44,326 bases of DNA from Octopus bimaculoides. Its lineage: Eukaryota. Each line of letters begins with the position of its first letter. The stretch's first letter is position 1. This document shows positions 23,460 through 34,930 of the stretch, in pieces. The DNA is taken from contig NC_068985.1 of NCBI RefSeq assembly GCF_001194135.2, positions 20,874,627 through 20,918,952 of the forward strand, read 5' to 3'. Made by a program: the position numbers and the translations under genes. The notes under the pieces are model-generated. The model saw only the letters and a program-made list of their open reading frames with translations. It ran no database searches and was not told the origin of the DNA.

Positions 23460-23496
23460 CACCTGATGAAGGCTGGAGGAGTATATCAGCCGAAAT
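23460..23496 (+). ncRNA. Hammerhead-like motif with intact visible core, truncated by gap
   Basis: CTGATGA (23463-69)-a-GGCTG gaggagtatat CAGCC-GAAA (23492-95)-t, then N gap. Confidence 0.7.
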
Positions 23497-23506
23497 NNNN
23501 NNNNNN

Positions 23507-23650
23507 GGAGGCAGTGATGGAGGTGATGATATGACGACGATGCCGATAGCTATGATGATTATGATGATGATGATGATGAACATGATAATGTCGATGATGT
23601 TGATGATGACGAAAATAATGATGATGATCATGATGGCGATGATGATGGTA

Positions 23651-23697
<47 letters not shown>

Positions 23698-23750
23698 GGT
23701 GGTGGTAGTGGTGGTGGTGGTGGTGATGGTAGCAGTGATAACAGCAGTAA
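23507..23750. repeat. Compound (GAT)n/(GGT)n low-complexity tract
   Basis: Directly visible; source of the poly-M/poly-V and poly-I/poly-T pseudo-ORFs. Confidence 0.9.
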
Positions 23751-26700
23751 CAAGAGAATTCAGGTTTTCAATGACACAAAAATATTCTACCATTTGAAAG
23801 AAATAAGCCTATAGCACTTTTTCTATTCACAAACATTACACTACTTGAATCATCAATCAGCTTTCAAGTCCAAGACCTAAGGATTCCTCTTTCAGTGACA
23901 CTACATTCTGTATACATCCATGGTTTTTCTTTTTTGCAAATAGTTGGGTTTCTTCTTAAATAGTAGAAAATACTTCAGTTTGGAATAATTACTAATCATT
24001 TATAAAACACAGTTGTGACCTATGACCCACACTAGAAATCTAACAAAATCTACAGTACAAATGCACATCTACATAAATGAACATACTTTTGACTTTCTCT
24101 GAGAAAATGTACCCTTTTGAAGTTTACTAACCCCAAAACATATCAGCTACCCTCTTTGATATCCTGTGTCCTCTCTCTATCTTTTCTACTTACACTACTC
24201 TAGTTTATGCTTCTATGAGCTTCTCAGTTCTAAGCTTCTTTCATTTCATTCATCTTTCATTCTTCTTCCCATGAACTTTATTGTATTTCATCCGTAGACT
24301 AAATACTTTCCCAACCCTTCTTTCCTTTTGGTGCTTAATCTCTCCACTTGTTTTTCTTCTAACGTCTGTCCTATAAGAATTCTTTCTAATTTTGGCACAA
24401 GGCCAGCAATTTTGAGGAAAGGAGGCAAGTTGACTGATATTTTATTTTGTCAACGCTGAAAGAACAAAGAACAGATTTGAGCTCAGACCATAAAGAACAA
24501 GAAGCAATGCCACTAAACGTTTTGTTCAATGTGTTAATGATTCTGCCAGCTTGCTGCCTTTTGTCTTATAAGAATACAAAACAAATGCAGACACTTCTTA
24601 AAATAATGACTAAACTACTACTATTAAGCAGAGAGCAGTTGAATAAAATTAAAAGTATAAATTAAACTTGTTATAAATTTGTTGTAAAGTGAGTTCCTCC
24701 CACTGGTGTGATGTGTGACTGCCATTGTATTGTGGTTGCTGTTTTATGCTAGTAGCCACAATAGTTACTAGTCATTGGATACTGTTGTATCTCTTCATAC
24801 TGGAATAGTAATACACTAACTTCTTCTGTCTTATTATCACTGATAGATTCACAAGACACCGACTAGATCTGTCAGCTCTCAACTCTTTGACTCTCGACCC
24901 TCTCTTGACAACCAGCTACTGGTCTATTTTTAATGACTGCCTCCTACCACTTACCAGGAGGGGTGTACAGTTTCACTATACAACAAAATTTAATAAAATA
25001 AATTAATATTTATTGTATTATTTAATTGATGGGCTAATTATTGTTGCCATTGCTTCTACAATATAGTAGAAATGTCCAACATTTTACACTTAAATAATGT
25101 CAATAAGCAGCAAATTGGTAGAATCAGGGTTAAGTATTGTCTTCTAATAATTCTACTACTCCAGAGCAGTGAACTGGAAGAATTGTTTGAGTATTGGACC
25201 AGATGCTTTCTGGCTTCTATTCTGTGTCTTTGAATTCTGGGTTCTTGAGTGGCAGACTTAATCTATAACCTAGTTTAACTCCACCACATGGTTTGCAAGC
25301 ATTTATCTCAGGCCTCCAGTCTGAGGGATAACTTCTTTTCACCAATCTTAGAGGTGAAGAAGAATAACTAAAGAACCATGAATGTTGTTCTTTTCTCCCT
25401 GAATAAATGGTAAATAGAAAATGTTGCTATTTTAGAAAACTAATCGAGGATATGTAAACTACTAATACATGGGTTCAGAACTGCTTTGCAATTCCAGGTA
25501 CCCAAAGCATTGCCCAATATATCCCCATACCATTATAATGTTGAATTGTCACAATTATCAGTCCTTAAACAGTTATCAATAAATTAATTTTACTGGATAA
25601 TCAGGAGAAACAAAAGAAGAAAAAAAATCAGAAGGATTTTATTATATTTATTTATAGAAAACAATACTAGAGATCAAGTTCCATATCCTAGCCTTTGATT
25701 TCCCTAACTGTGGTGGGTATGGATACCCAACTCTTCAGTTGAGAACCGCCCGTCTAAGAAATAACTCTGTTCTTGATGTAATCACTCCACTTATATAAAT
25801 TAGAATTGATACTTCTCAAGACGGTAGTAGTTGATGTGAGATAGTAGTAACTAGTGTAAACTAAGTCAGTACTGTAAGCTAACTACTATTATAGATTTAG
25901 TTGTCAGAGAGTAACTGCTGCCCTTAAATTGTGGCTTGATACTTTTGCTTCTCGTTTTACCTCCAATATTTTGTTATGCAAACTTGCATCTTTTAGTTGA
26001 CACATGTTTGAAGAGTGGGCTTCAAAAACTGAAGCGCTGCCAAGTTTCCCAAATGAGAAAGTTATTCACCTGGCTGGAATTGTCTTCTGAATGGTAATGA
26101 ATATAACACAACTGTTGTGGCAGTATTATAACAGAAATAATACACAGTTACTTTAGTAACAGTCTGATCATTTTCAGTATCATATTCCATCTTCGAAATG
26201 TTGGTGATGCTAAATGTAGGAGCACTTTTCTTTCATCCAATAGTTTTTATTGGTAATATAGTCTCTGTATATCCTAATTTTCTTTGGAAATTAATTTTAG
26301 ACATTTTTGAACTATAGTTTCAATTTCTGTGATAAATTTAGCTTCAGATGAGAATTTTATAGTTACCAATTCAATTACATTCACTAATATTTTGTTCTTC
26401 GTTTTTCAATTTTTTTTAATACAATTAGTTGCAATGACACTTAAGCCTGAGGCTTGAAATAAAAAGCATAACTGATAAGTGCCTCATAGCTTTACATTAT
26501 CATTTCATTATCTAATTACTTGAAGCCTTTCTTTACATATGTCTGACCCATATTTCAATTAATCTTTTTTTTTTTTTTCCTTTAGTTTCTTCTAAGTGTT
26601 ATAGTTTTCACAGACACATATATTTCTGACATTTCTTGTTGGAATAACTAATTTCACTGGATGCCCTTGCTACTGTTTTCTACACTACCATGAAATTAGA

Positions 26701-26776
26701 CTCGTAAACATTTAGTAGTAAGTAGAACAAGTGAGTCAAAGAAAATAGTTATTGTTTTTATTATTTCTTTATTTGA

Positions 26777-26997
26777 AAGTAGTGAGTTGGTAGAATCATT
26801 TGGGCATGGACAAAATGTTTAGTACTGTTTTTTCCAACTCATTATGATCAGAGTTCAATTTCCACTGAAGTTAACTTTGCCTTCCATCCTTTCAGGGTTG
26901 ATAAATTAGGTACCAGTCAAGTACTGAGTCAATGTAATTTAACTAACACCCTCCCTCTAAAATTGCTGATCTTGTGCAAGAATCAGAAAGAATTATT
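26777..26997 (+). mobile_element. Old SINE of the ggtggtgagctggcagaa family
   Basis: agtagtgagttggtagaatc...actttgccttccatcctttcagggttgataaa...cttgtgcaagaatcagaaagaattat. Confidence 0.75.
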
Positions 26998-27024
26998 TTT
27001 TTATCTGTCAGAAAGCTCTAAACA

Positions 27025-27289
27025 TACTCTTTACTCTCTTACTCTTTTACTTGTATCAGTCCTTTGACTGCAGCCATGCTGGAGCACTGCCTTTAGTCAA
27101 GCAAATCGACCCCAGGACTTATTCTTTGTAAGCCTAGTACTTATTTTATCGGTCTCTTTTGCCAAACCGCTAAGTTACAGGGACGTAAACACACCACCAT
27201 CGGCTGTCAAGCGATGTTGGGGGGGGGCAAACACAGACACACAAACATATACACACACATACATACACACACACACACACATACACACA

Positions 27290-27351
<62 letters not shown>

Positions 27352-27482
27352 NNNNNNNNNNNNNNNNNNNNNNNNNNNNNNNNNNNNNNNNNNNNNNNNN
27401 NNNNNNNNNNNNNNNNNNNNNNNNNNNNNNNNNNNNNNNNNNNNNNNNNNNNNNNNNNNNNNNNNNNNNNNNNNNNNNNNNN

Positions 27483-27543
<61 letters not shown>

Positions 27544-27633
27544 CCACAGGCTTCTTTCAGTTTCCGTCTACCAAATCCACTCACAAGGCTTTGGTCAGCA
27601 CGATGCTATAGTAGAAGACAGTTGCCCAAGGTG
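27025..27633 (-). mobile_element. Bipartite SINE with expanded internal (CA)/(TA) microsatellite and gap; head 5'-truncated
   Basis: actcttttacttgtatcagtc...catcggctgtcaagcgatgttggg...(CA)n-N-(CA)n(TA)n...ggcttctttcagtttccgtctaccaaatccactcacaagg. Confidence 0.88.
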
Positions 27634-27953
27634 ACCACAACTCTCCTCAAATCTGCATTTTTCTGCAGATTGACAATGCAAATTTCAATTCCAATATTCT
27701 TCACCCTCTTAAATAACAGTTTAGGTGTTGTTCCAAGTGCCCCAATTACTACAGGAATAATTTTCATTTAGTCTTCTACAATCTCTTCAGCTCTCTGGTT
27801 AGGTCCTAATATTTCTCAATTATATTTTCAACTTCTTTGGTATCCACTCCATTATCTCTTGGTACTGGTATTGGAACATCTATGATTTTACCCTGTTTGT
27901 TTCTATTGTCTATATATAATCTTCTTGCTTTAATAATGTAGTCAGACTTTGTG

Positions 27954-27954
<1 letters not shown>

Positions 27955-28026
<72 letters not shown>

Positions 28027-28420
28027 CCTTTCTACTATAGACACAGGGCCAGAAATTTTGGGGGAGAGGACTAGTCAATTACATTGACCCCAGTGTTTCA
28101 CTGGTACTTAATTTATCAACCCCAAAAGGATGAAAGGCAAAGTCGACCTCAGTGAAATTTGAACTCAGAATGTAACGACAGACAAAATGCCACTAAGCAT
28201 ATCACCCAACATGCTAATGATTTTGACACCAATAATAATCATGGTTTCAAATTTTGGCATGAGGCTAGTAGTTTGGGGATTACATTGGCCCCAGAGTTCA
28301 ATCCTGAAAGGATGAAAGGTAAAGTTGACCTTGGCATAATTTAAACTCAGAACATAAAGATGGATGAAATGCCACCAAGCATTTTTCCTGGCATGCTAAC
28401 AATTCTGCTAGCTTGCAGCC

Positions 28421-28491
<71 letters not shown>
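27955..28491 (-). mobile_element. Tandem pair of SINEs (28024-28230, 28238-28422) bracketed by long (AAT)n tracts
   Basis: Two consecutive minus-strand copies containing aaaggatgaaagg(c/t)aaagt(c/t)gacct...gaactcagaa; (AAT)n at 27955-28026 and 28423-28491. Confidence 0.85.
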
Positions 28492-28492
<1 letters not shown>

Positions 28493-28649
28493 GTTACACC
28501 TGAAGCTTTAACAGCAGCAGTTATGTTACTATGGTAGAAATCAGAATCAAGTACTTAATTAACATAAGCAAAAACAATGTTAATTCCTCAGCAAAAACAC
28601 CTGTAATCTGTATTTTCCAGCAGGTGTATTTTATATCTGGAAAATAATG

Positions 28650-29875
28650 ACAATAAAAGGGGTTCTCAGAAGAAGATATATGGATGGGAAAAACAGTTAT
28701 TGGTAAACCGAGAAATCATTTGAAAAAAAAAAAAGATAGAAACACACCTCTAAGGAAGGCATGGATTGATTTAACAAGAAGTCTTTGACAGAATTATAAC
28801 ACACTCCAAGAAATAAAATGAAACATTATATTTAACTGAAGCAGCTCCAATGCTAAGGTATTATATCAAGTATGACACAGCTAAACTGGAAACATCAATA
28901 ACACTGCATACCTAAAAGAAGGTGATAAAAACTCACCCTCTTTCAAAGAAGAGGAATTTTTCAGGGAGAATCTTTATGCTCATTTCTTTTCTTTCTAGCT
29001 CTGGTACCATAAACAAATTTGCTGAATCAAATCATCAGTACTTAAAATGTTTTGGACAAAATATAAGAAACCTTATGTCTGTGGATGATTTAGAATTATA
29101 TATAAGTGATGACACCATGTTGAAGAAGCTTGTAAAAACTGTATATAGATTTCGCAGTGATATCAAAGGGATGAAATTAAAACTGAAGTCTGAGAACAGA
29201 TCGCAGTCATCTATATAAGTACTCAGAAATAGATGAAACAAGAATATATGAAGGAGAAATTTAGAAAACAGTTCTACAGTAGAGTCAGTCTAATATCAAA
29301 ACTAAACTTAATATCTGAAATAAGATTATAGGGATAAATACACTAGCCATTCCAGTCTAACTACAGCTTAAATAATAAATTGGAAATTAAGTGAACTGAA
29401 AGCCTTGATGGGAAAACCAAGAAGATTACTTTCTTAGTTCTAAACCCCAAATTTCTAAAGTCAGTATACTTAGGATAAAATCCTTCATACTCATAAGAAG
29501 AAGAAAACCTGATACAAATACAGAAGAAAAGTTATTAAGTAACTGTAATGAGTCTCGGAAAATACTTAGAAGCTAAAAAAGAAAATAGCTTGATTAGCAG
29601 GAAAAAATGACTTTTTTCCTTTCTGTTTAAGGAAACAATAAACTAAAAGCTAATTAGTCTGATAAAAAGTAACAGAAGAGGTTAAAGCAAAAAAAAAAAA
29701 AGAAGATAATATAAATATAAACTAAAGTAAAAATAGAAAGAAAATCCTTTCCATAATCAGTTTATGTGAAACTAGGCAGGAGAAAATGAGCCAATATGAA
29801 AGCTAGTAATTTCTTCTTGACTAAAGGCAGAAACAGAAGGTCTGATGTCAGATGCTCAATGTCAATGATTATTCA
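28650..29875 (+). mobile_element. Degenerate R4/Dong-like non-LTR retrotransposon RT fragment
   Basis: GWEKQLLVN, AWID, RGIFQGESLCSFLFFLALVP (~28950), NLMSVDDLELY (VDD 29081-89), KFRKQFYSRV, INTLAIPV and LKAETEGLM...AQ, in the order recalled for R4/Dong RT; frameshifted. Confidence 0.8.
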
Positions 29876-29900
29876 AAAAAGAAAAGAAAACTACCAAAAA

Positions 29901-30168
29901 ATCATCATCATCATCATCGTTTAATGTCCGTTTTCCATGCTAGCATGGGTTGGACGATTTGACTGAAGACTGGTGAACCAGATGGCTACACCAGGCTCCA
30001 ATCTGATTTGGCAGAGTTTCTACAGCTGGATGCCCTTCCTAGTGCCAACCACTCCGAGAGTGTAGTGGGTGCTTTCACGTGCCGCCAGCATGAAGGCCAG
30101 TCAGACGGTACTGGTAACGGCCACACTCAAAATGGTGTATTTTACGTGCCACCTGCACAGGAGCCAGT
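29901..30168 (-). mobile_element. RTE-type 3' end with (GAT)n tail
   Basis: Reverse complement of the 15517-15780 family, with an extra internal segment (gaaggccagtcagacggtactgg). Confidence 0.88.
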
Positions 30169-30350
30169 AGTTAGGCTGTTGGACTCGTGATCATAGGATT
30201 GTGGTTTCGATTCCTGGACTGGGCAATGTGATGTGTCTTTGAGCAAAACACTTCATTTCACATTGCTCCAGTCCACTCAGCTGGAAGAAATGAGTTATCC
30301 TGCAACAAACCAGCATCTTGTCCAGGGAGAAATATATATACCAGAGAAAT
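30169..30350 (+). mobile_element. tRNA-headed CORE-like SINE lacking its first bases
   Basis: ggtttcgattcc B box; ctttgagcaaaacacttcatttcacattgctccagtccactcagctgg...aatgag. Confidence 0.75.
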
Positions 30351-31569
30351 TCTGTGTGTGTGAGTGTGTGTGTACATATATATACATACAAAGAGAGGGA
30401 GGGGAGAGAGGGAGGGGAGAGAGGGAGGGGAGAGAGGGANNNNNNNNNNNNNNNNNNNNNNNNNNNNNNNNNNNNNNNNNNNNNNNNNNNNNNNNNNNNN
30501 NNNNNNNNNNNNNNNNNNNNNNNNNNNNNNNNNNNNNNNNNNNNNNNNNNNNNNNNNNNNNNNNNNNNNNNNNNNNNNNNNNNNNNNNNNNNNNNNNNNN
30601 NNNNNNNNNNNNNNNNNNNNNNNNNNNNNNNNNNNNNNNNNNNNNNNNNNNNNNNNNNNNNNNNNNNNNNNNNNNNNNNNNNNNNNNNNNNNNNNNNNNN
30701 NNNNNNNNNNNNNNNNNNNNNNNNNNNNNAGAGAGGGAGGGGAGAGAGGGATGCCTATTTAAAAGTTGTTATTTTAAAGCAATTTTAAAAATGACAAATA
30801 AGTCATTTACTGATATGGGAAGACTCAATGTCAAAAGTAGAGTCAAATTCATAAAATCTCTTTGACTGGGATTCGTAAGTTTTACACAATTGCCTATTCA
30901 ATCAGCCATCAGGTAAAACTTAAAGGTCCAGTCAAAACTAATGATGACGACAATGACAAAAATGATAGCAGCAGTGGTAACAGCAGAGACAGTGGTGGTG
31001 GTGGTGGTGGCGGCAGTGAGTGTGCGTGCATTTAAATTTTAGTCAAATGCTTTTGCTGCTTTTAATTTGTGTTCAGTTTCTATGTTTAGTCACTTGGTTC
31101 GGTCAGCATTCAGTATTTTTGCACCACAAATAAATCATTAAAGATTTATTTTTACAGATCAATTTTATTGATTTTTTATCCACATTTATATTATATAGAT
31201 TTTTTTTTTACTCCACATACAGACATTTTTCTATCGCTTATTACTTCTGCTCATTTCTCATCCAACAATCATTACCTGAATAGCTGTCAATTAAAGGATA
31301 TCAACTTTAATTTTTTTTTAATTCTCAATACTTTATATCATGTTTCATCTGATCATGTTTCATCTGTAATTTGTTTCCTCTCAATTTTTTTTTCCTTCTC
31401 TTCTCTACTTTCATCATCTCTACTTGTTAAAATACTATTTGACATTCATTTTAACACCAATTTGTGACAAAGAAAAAGATAAATGAGCTCACTGAATGGA
31501 CTAGTAAGGAGTCAAGGAAGCCATATTTAGTTATCATGGATTAGCACAGTTGTGCTTTGGCAACAGCAG

Positions 31570-31599
31570 CCAATCAGAGCTGGTTGTGTGCCTATAAAA
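31570..31599 (+). promoter_or_regulatory. CCAAT box + TATA box pair (possibly TE/LTR-borne)
   Basis: agCCAATcag at 31570-74 and ccTATAAAAg at 31593-99. Motif match only. Confidence 0.4.
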
Positions 31600-31656
31600 G
31601 CAGTAGTCATCAGAACAGCAAGAGCGTGCCTTTTTTTTACAATTGGTCAGCAGAAG

Positions 31657-31824
31657 ACCTCAACACCACAACTATCAGCAAACAGATCTCTCTGACCGTC
31701 AATGAACAGATCTCTATGACCATCAATGAACAGAGCTGCACAAACATCAACAAACAGATCTCCACAACCATCGGTGCACAGATCCTATGAATGTTAGCAG
31801 ACAGATTTCCACAACCGACAGCAG
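31657..31824 (+). repeat. Degenerate 24-bp minisatellite (~6-7 units)
   Basis: Units start at 31681, 31705, 31729, 31753 and 31777 (aacagatctctctgaccgtcaatg, aacagatctctatgaccatcaatg, ...). Confidence 0.8.
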
Positions 31825-32315
31825 GCAGGTTTTGACATCTCATACCAGCTTTCATACCACCAGCTATTGCCTGTTCGTTTTATTCTTACATCCTTAGCAC
31901 TGCAAACTTCTGACCTACTTGTGCAATTGTAAGTTTACATGGCTTCTCTCTGGCTCCTACATATATGCGCTCTCTTTGCTCAGCACTTGTCAACAATCCC
32001 AAATAAATTACTATGCTTTAAAAACAAAATATGCCTCCTGACATTTAATTCTAGACACACTTACTTCCACGTTATATTGGGACATTCTTACATTCAAACA
32101 CACGACACTCAACTTTGTCACATTTAAAAACTATTACACTTCAAACCCATTACAAACACTTAAACTTATTAAAGACTTAAATTATATAAGTGTGTATTGC
32201 TCATCAAGCAGGCCACTTTGACAACTTTTACCATTCTCATGTTGTCTCTCTTATTTCTTAAATATTACTTTTCTCTGATAATTGGTAATCTTTTCAGCTT
32301 AATATTCTCTTCAGT

Positions 32316-32352
<37 letters not shown>

Positions 32353-32824
32353 ATCTTGCTTTTAACTCCTGTCTGAGATCTCTGATATATAATGCACTTG
32401 ATTCTCCATCATTTTACACTCCAATTTCACTAAGATAGAGAAATGCTTCAGGTGTTGAAAATAAGGTGATTATAAACAAATCCAGCTTAATCTAATTTTA
32501 TTTCTCTGTGATTTGACATCTTAAGTGCTGGTGCTAAGTGTAGCATTTTTCCTTTTTTAATCATTTGAAGTTCTAATGTTTGTGAAAATTATACTCATGG
32601 CTAATTCTCTCCTGTTTTCTTTACAATGAACCCAATAAGTGCTGGTGTATGCCATAAAATTATTTGGTCTGCTTTAATTTTCACCCTCAAGAACTGAAAT
32701 TTTGTGATTGTTGATATACAAAATAAATATAACTAAAATTATGGGATGAAGTGGAGAAAGAATACAGTTTATCTCTTATTAGTGGTTTACTTTTTTTGTT
32801 CCAGCTACACCCACCTACCTTATA

Positions 32825-32951
32825 CAGAGTGTCCACAAAGTCTAGGTACATGAGGATTAACACATACTTTAAGAAATTATTATTTCTTATATTTAATTGT
32901 TTATGTTATGATTTTATTTACTCCATGTACCCAGACCTTGTGGACACCCTG
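32825..32951. mobile_element. 127-bp Tc1/mariner-type MITE
   Basis: TA|CAGAGTGTCCACAAAGTCTAGGTACATG ... CATGTACCCAGACCTTGTGGACACCCTG|TA; 28-bp TIRs with 3 mismatches and a TA duplication. Confidence 0.9.
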
Positions 32952-33120
32952 TATAATATGGGCGAGCCATGTAGTTCCTCTATAGCAAGACAACTTTGCT
33001 TGTCCCACTGTCATACTTTAGTTTCTCAGCACCAGACATAAAGCCACCTTCCACTCCCAAATACTCCCCCCCCTACACACACATATACTTAGTCATGGAG
33101 ATTTTTCCCTTGTTCTTTTT

Positions 33121-33336
33121 CTGTCTTGCAAGTTATTTGATAATTTCACTAGTGCTGGTGGCACAATAAAAGCACCCGATACACACTGTAAAGTGGTTGG
33201 TGTTAGGAAGGGCATCCAGTTATAGAAACCATGTCAAAGCTGATACTGGAGCTTCACACAGCACTGCAGCTTATCAGACCTTGTCAAATCATCCAACTGA
33301 TGCCAACAAAGAAAACAGACATCGAATGGTGATGAT
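33121..33336 (+). mobile_element. Older RTE-type 3' end
   Basis: aagtggttggtgttaggaagggcatccagttatagaaacc...gtcaaatcatccaac...ggtgatgat. Confidence 0.7.
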
Positions 33337-33512
33337 AGTTGTAGTGGTGGTGGTGGTGGTGCTGGTGTTATTCTAGAAACAACTGTTCATTTCATCTGGA
33401 AGAACATCTGACTGAGAAGTACTTGAAGGCATGATGTATGGAAGGATATTTGTATTTCAAACTTTTTTTAATCTAAGCCAGCATTGAAACATTGGGAAAA
33501 CATTCGAGTGAT

Positions 33513-33728
33513 AATCCTTTCTTCTATAGACACAAGGCCTGAAATTTTGGGGGAGGGGGCTAGTCAATTACATCGACTGCAGTGTTTATCTGGTACTTAT
33601 TTCATCGACCCTAAAAGGATGAAGGGCAAAGTTGACCTCAGAGGAATTTGAACTCAGACCGTAAAGACGGACAGAATGCGACTAAGCATTTTGCCCAGCA
33701 TGCTAATGATTCGGCCAGCACGCCACCT
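33513..33728 (-). mobile_element. SINE (ggtggtgagctggcagaa family) with decayed TSD
   Basis: Full body; flanked by aaacattcgagtg (33498-33510) and aaacattcaagta (33730-33742). Confidence 0.85.
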
Positions 33729-34680
33729 CAAACATTCAAGTAGTAATGGCGATAACAATGATGTTCATAAAAGCAAGATTTTTTTTTTACCTCTGAATCA
33801 AAAATAGATTTTTAAACATACATTTGGGAGATATTCTATTAAGAGTACACAAATACAAACAGATACAAAATCATATTTTTAATTTTGTTACCGTTTGAAA
33901 TTGACTGACTTCAAAGTTATTAAACTATTTATAGAAATGTAATGGAAACTATATTAGTGATTGTCTTCACATTCTTCAGTTTGGAATTCAAAAGAAAGTT
34001 GTTATTAACTAGCAATACTGACTACCATTAACCAAGATTAAATAAAATAGGATAAATGTAATTATTTTCAGATACAAAGACAGCAGAGTGGGAGAAGCTG
34101 TAGAGCAGTCTAAAAATATTCAGTTCTGTGCCTCTGTGATTTGAAATCCTCTTGGGCTGACTTCACCGTACTTCCATCTGGAATTAATATATAGGTGGCA
34201 GTGGTGGTGGTGATGCTGCTGTTGGTGGTGGTGGTGGTAGTAGTAGTAGTATAAGAGATGATATAATTGATTGTACTTATCTATTTGTGAGTCTTTGTGG
34301 TATAAAGAGGAGTAACCAAACACACATATATACAAAAATATATCAAAGTGAAACAGTAGAATGTACAAGGACTGCAAATTTGGAAAAAAGGGTCCGGTTA
34401 ATTAAACTGATCCCAGTATTGGACTAATATTTATTTTATCAACACTGGCAATATTTGAACTCAAAACTTAATTACTGAAAAGTATTTCATTTAATGCACT
34501 ATCATTGCTCCCACTTTACCACCCTTTATTATTTATCGTAATGAATTCTTTACTTTCATGCTACTGCAATATTATCTCACTTTATTAAACTATTCAAAAC
34601 CAAAAAAAAAAAAAATAATATTGTGAGACTTCAATGTTTGCAAACATCATTACTGGATATTTTGATATTGTAGTCATATC

Positions 34681-34888
34681 TTTTACTGGTTCCAGTCATT
34701 GGACTGCATCCATGCAGTGACTCTGCCTTGAAAAGTTTGGTTAAACAAATTGACCTTAGTACATATTTTTTTAAAGTTTGGTACTTATTCTATCAGTTTC
34801 TTTTGCTAAACTGCTTAGTTACAGGGGTGTAAACAAACCAACACCAACTGTCAAGCAGGAGTGAGAGACAAATATAAAAAACATGCAT

Positions 34889-34930
<42 letters not shown>

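Larger units (their letters stand above)
23012..23496. mobile_element. Head-to-head tRNA-headed/hammerhead element, locus B: near-complete palindromic dimer; right end lost in N gap 23497-23506
   Basis: Minus arm: tail 23012-23068, HHR 23069-23111, 60-nt block, (ATT)n 23161-23216, head 23217-23284. Plus arm: head ~23294-23360, (AAT)n, same block, HHR 23456-23496. Confidence 0.9.

Noticed and set aside
25480-25570. IMVWG-like motif on the minus strand as a Tc1 remnant
   Set aside because: Isolated short match with no neighbouring catalytic motifs.
31657-31824. 24-bp repeats as a CRISPR-like array
   Set aside because: The units are contiguous with no unique spacers, in a eukaryotic context.
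32318-32352. 35-nt poly(T) as the tail of a processed retrocopy
   Set aside because: No TSD or recognisable retrocopied body was found next to it.
34071-34200. Possible exon after ttattttcag
   Set aside because: All three frames hit stops before any good donor; it could only be a terminal exon, and that is unsupported.
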